Shown here: positions 63,123-64,000 of the stretch, in pieces
Position numbering within the stretch: the stretch's first letter is position 1
Layout of the letters: each line of letters starts with the position of its first letter
From: Octopus bimaculoides
Lineage: Eukaryota
Direction of reading: 5' to 3'
DNA: 64,000 bases
Assembly (NCBI RefSeq): GCF_001194135.2
Contig: NC_068981.1
Span: 76,913,899 to 76,977,898, forward strand
Translations under genes and position numbers: made by a program
The notes under the pieces: generated by a model
The model's input: only the letters and a program-made list of their open reading frames with translations
Database searches by the model: none
What the model was told of the DNA's origin: nothing

Positions 63123-64000
63123 AAATAAGTATGCATCTATTTCTCCATTCGTACATACATGAAAGTGTTCGCGTGTAAGCACCTTATACATACCAACACA
63201 CACACATAAACATACACACATATATCCATATATATATATATANNNNNNNNNNNNNNNNNNNNNNNNNNNNNNNNNNNNNNNNNNNNNNNNNNNNNNNNNN
63301 NNNNNNNNNNNNNNNNNNNNNNNNNNNNNNNNNNNNNNNNNNNNNNNNNNNNNNNNNNNNNNNNNNNNNNNNNNNNNNNNNNNNNNNNNNNNNNNNNNNN
63401 NNNNNNNNNNNNNNNNNNNNNNNNNNNNNNNNNNNNNNNNNNNNNNNNNNNNNNNNNNNNNNNNNNNNNNNNNNNNNNNNNNNNNNNNNNNNNNNNNNNN
63501 NNNNNNNNNNNNNNNNNNNNNNNNNNNNNNNNNNNNNNNNNNNNNNNNNNNNNNNNNNNNNNNNNNNNNNNNNNNNNNNNNNNNNNNNNNNNNNNNNNNN
63601 NNNNNNNNNNNNNNNNNNNNNNNNNNNNNNNNNNNNNNNNNNNNNNNNNNNNNNNNNNNNNNNNNNNNNNNNNNNNNNNNNNNNNNNNNNNNNNNNNNNN
63701 NNNNNNNNNNNNNNNNNNNNNNNNNNNNNNNNNNNNNNNNNNNNNNNNNNNNNNNNNNNNNNNNNNNNNNNNNNNNNNNNNNNNNNNNNNNNNNNNNNNN
63801 NNNNNNNNNNNNNNNNNNNNNNNNNNNNNNNNNNNNNNNNNNNNNNNNNNNNNNNNNNNNNNNNNNNNNNNNNNNNNNNNNNNNNNNNNNNNNNNNNNNN
63901 NNNNNNNNNNNNNNNNNNNNNNNNNNNNNNNNNNNNNNNNNNNNNNNNNNNNNNNNNNNNNNNNNNNNNATATTAGAGTGCACAATAGAGGTATTTAATA

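Overview
Eukaryotic, AT-rich, repeat-saturated DNA from a short-read draft assembly. Many N gaps, almost all flanked by (TA)n or (CA)n, cover roughly a fifth of the window. The tRNA-headed SINE families, microsatellite density and transposon mix suggest a coleoid cephalopod, most likely an octopus (inference). I found no intact host gene, RNA gene or CRISPR array; long ORFs in the track are artefacts of gaps or microsatellites. Recognisable coding relics are all mobile elements: a 5' half mariner, CR1-type, RTE and Tx1/L1-type LINEs, a cluster of R4/Dong-like RLE LINEs in (AAT)n tracts, three Penelope-like element (PLE) fragments and an internally deleted Gypsy LTR element. The most notable signal is a set of type I hammerhead ribozyme (HHR) folds: five with a recognisable core plus degenerate relics. 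They include a minimal U3-A8 covariant form, a CUGUUGA form with an extra A, long-stem-II forms, one inside a direct-repeat unit and one inside an inverted-repeat element. Also notable are a 35-bp-period array anchored on the octamer ATTTGCAT, several fold-back palindromes, three inverted SINE pairs and a possible decayed gene at about 38.1-38.9 kb. Element boundaries were read by eye and are approximate unless stated.
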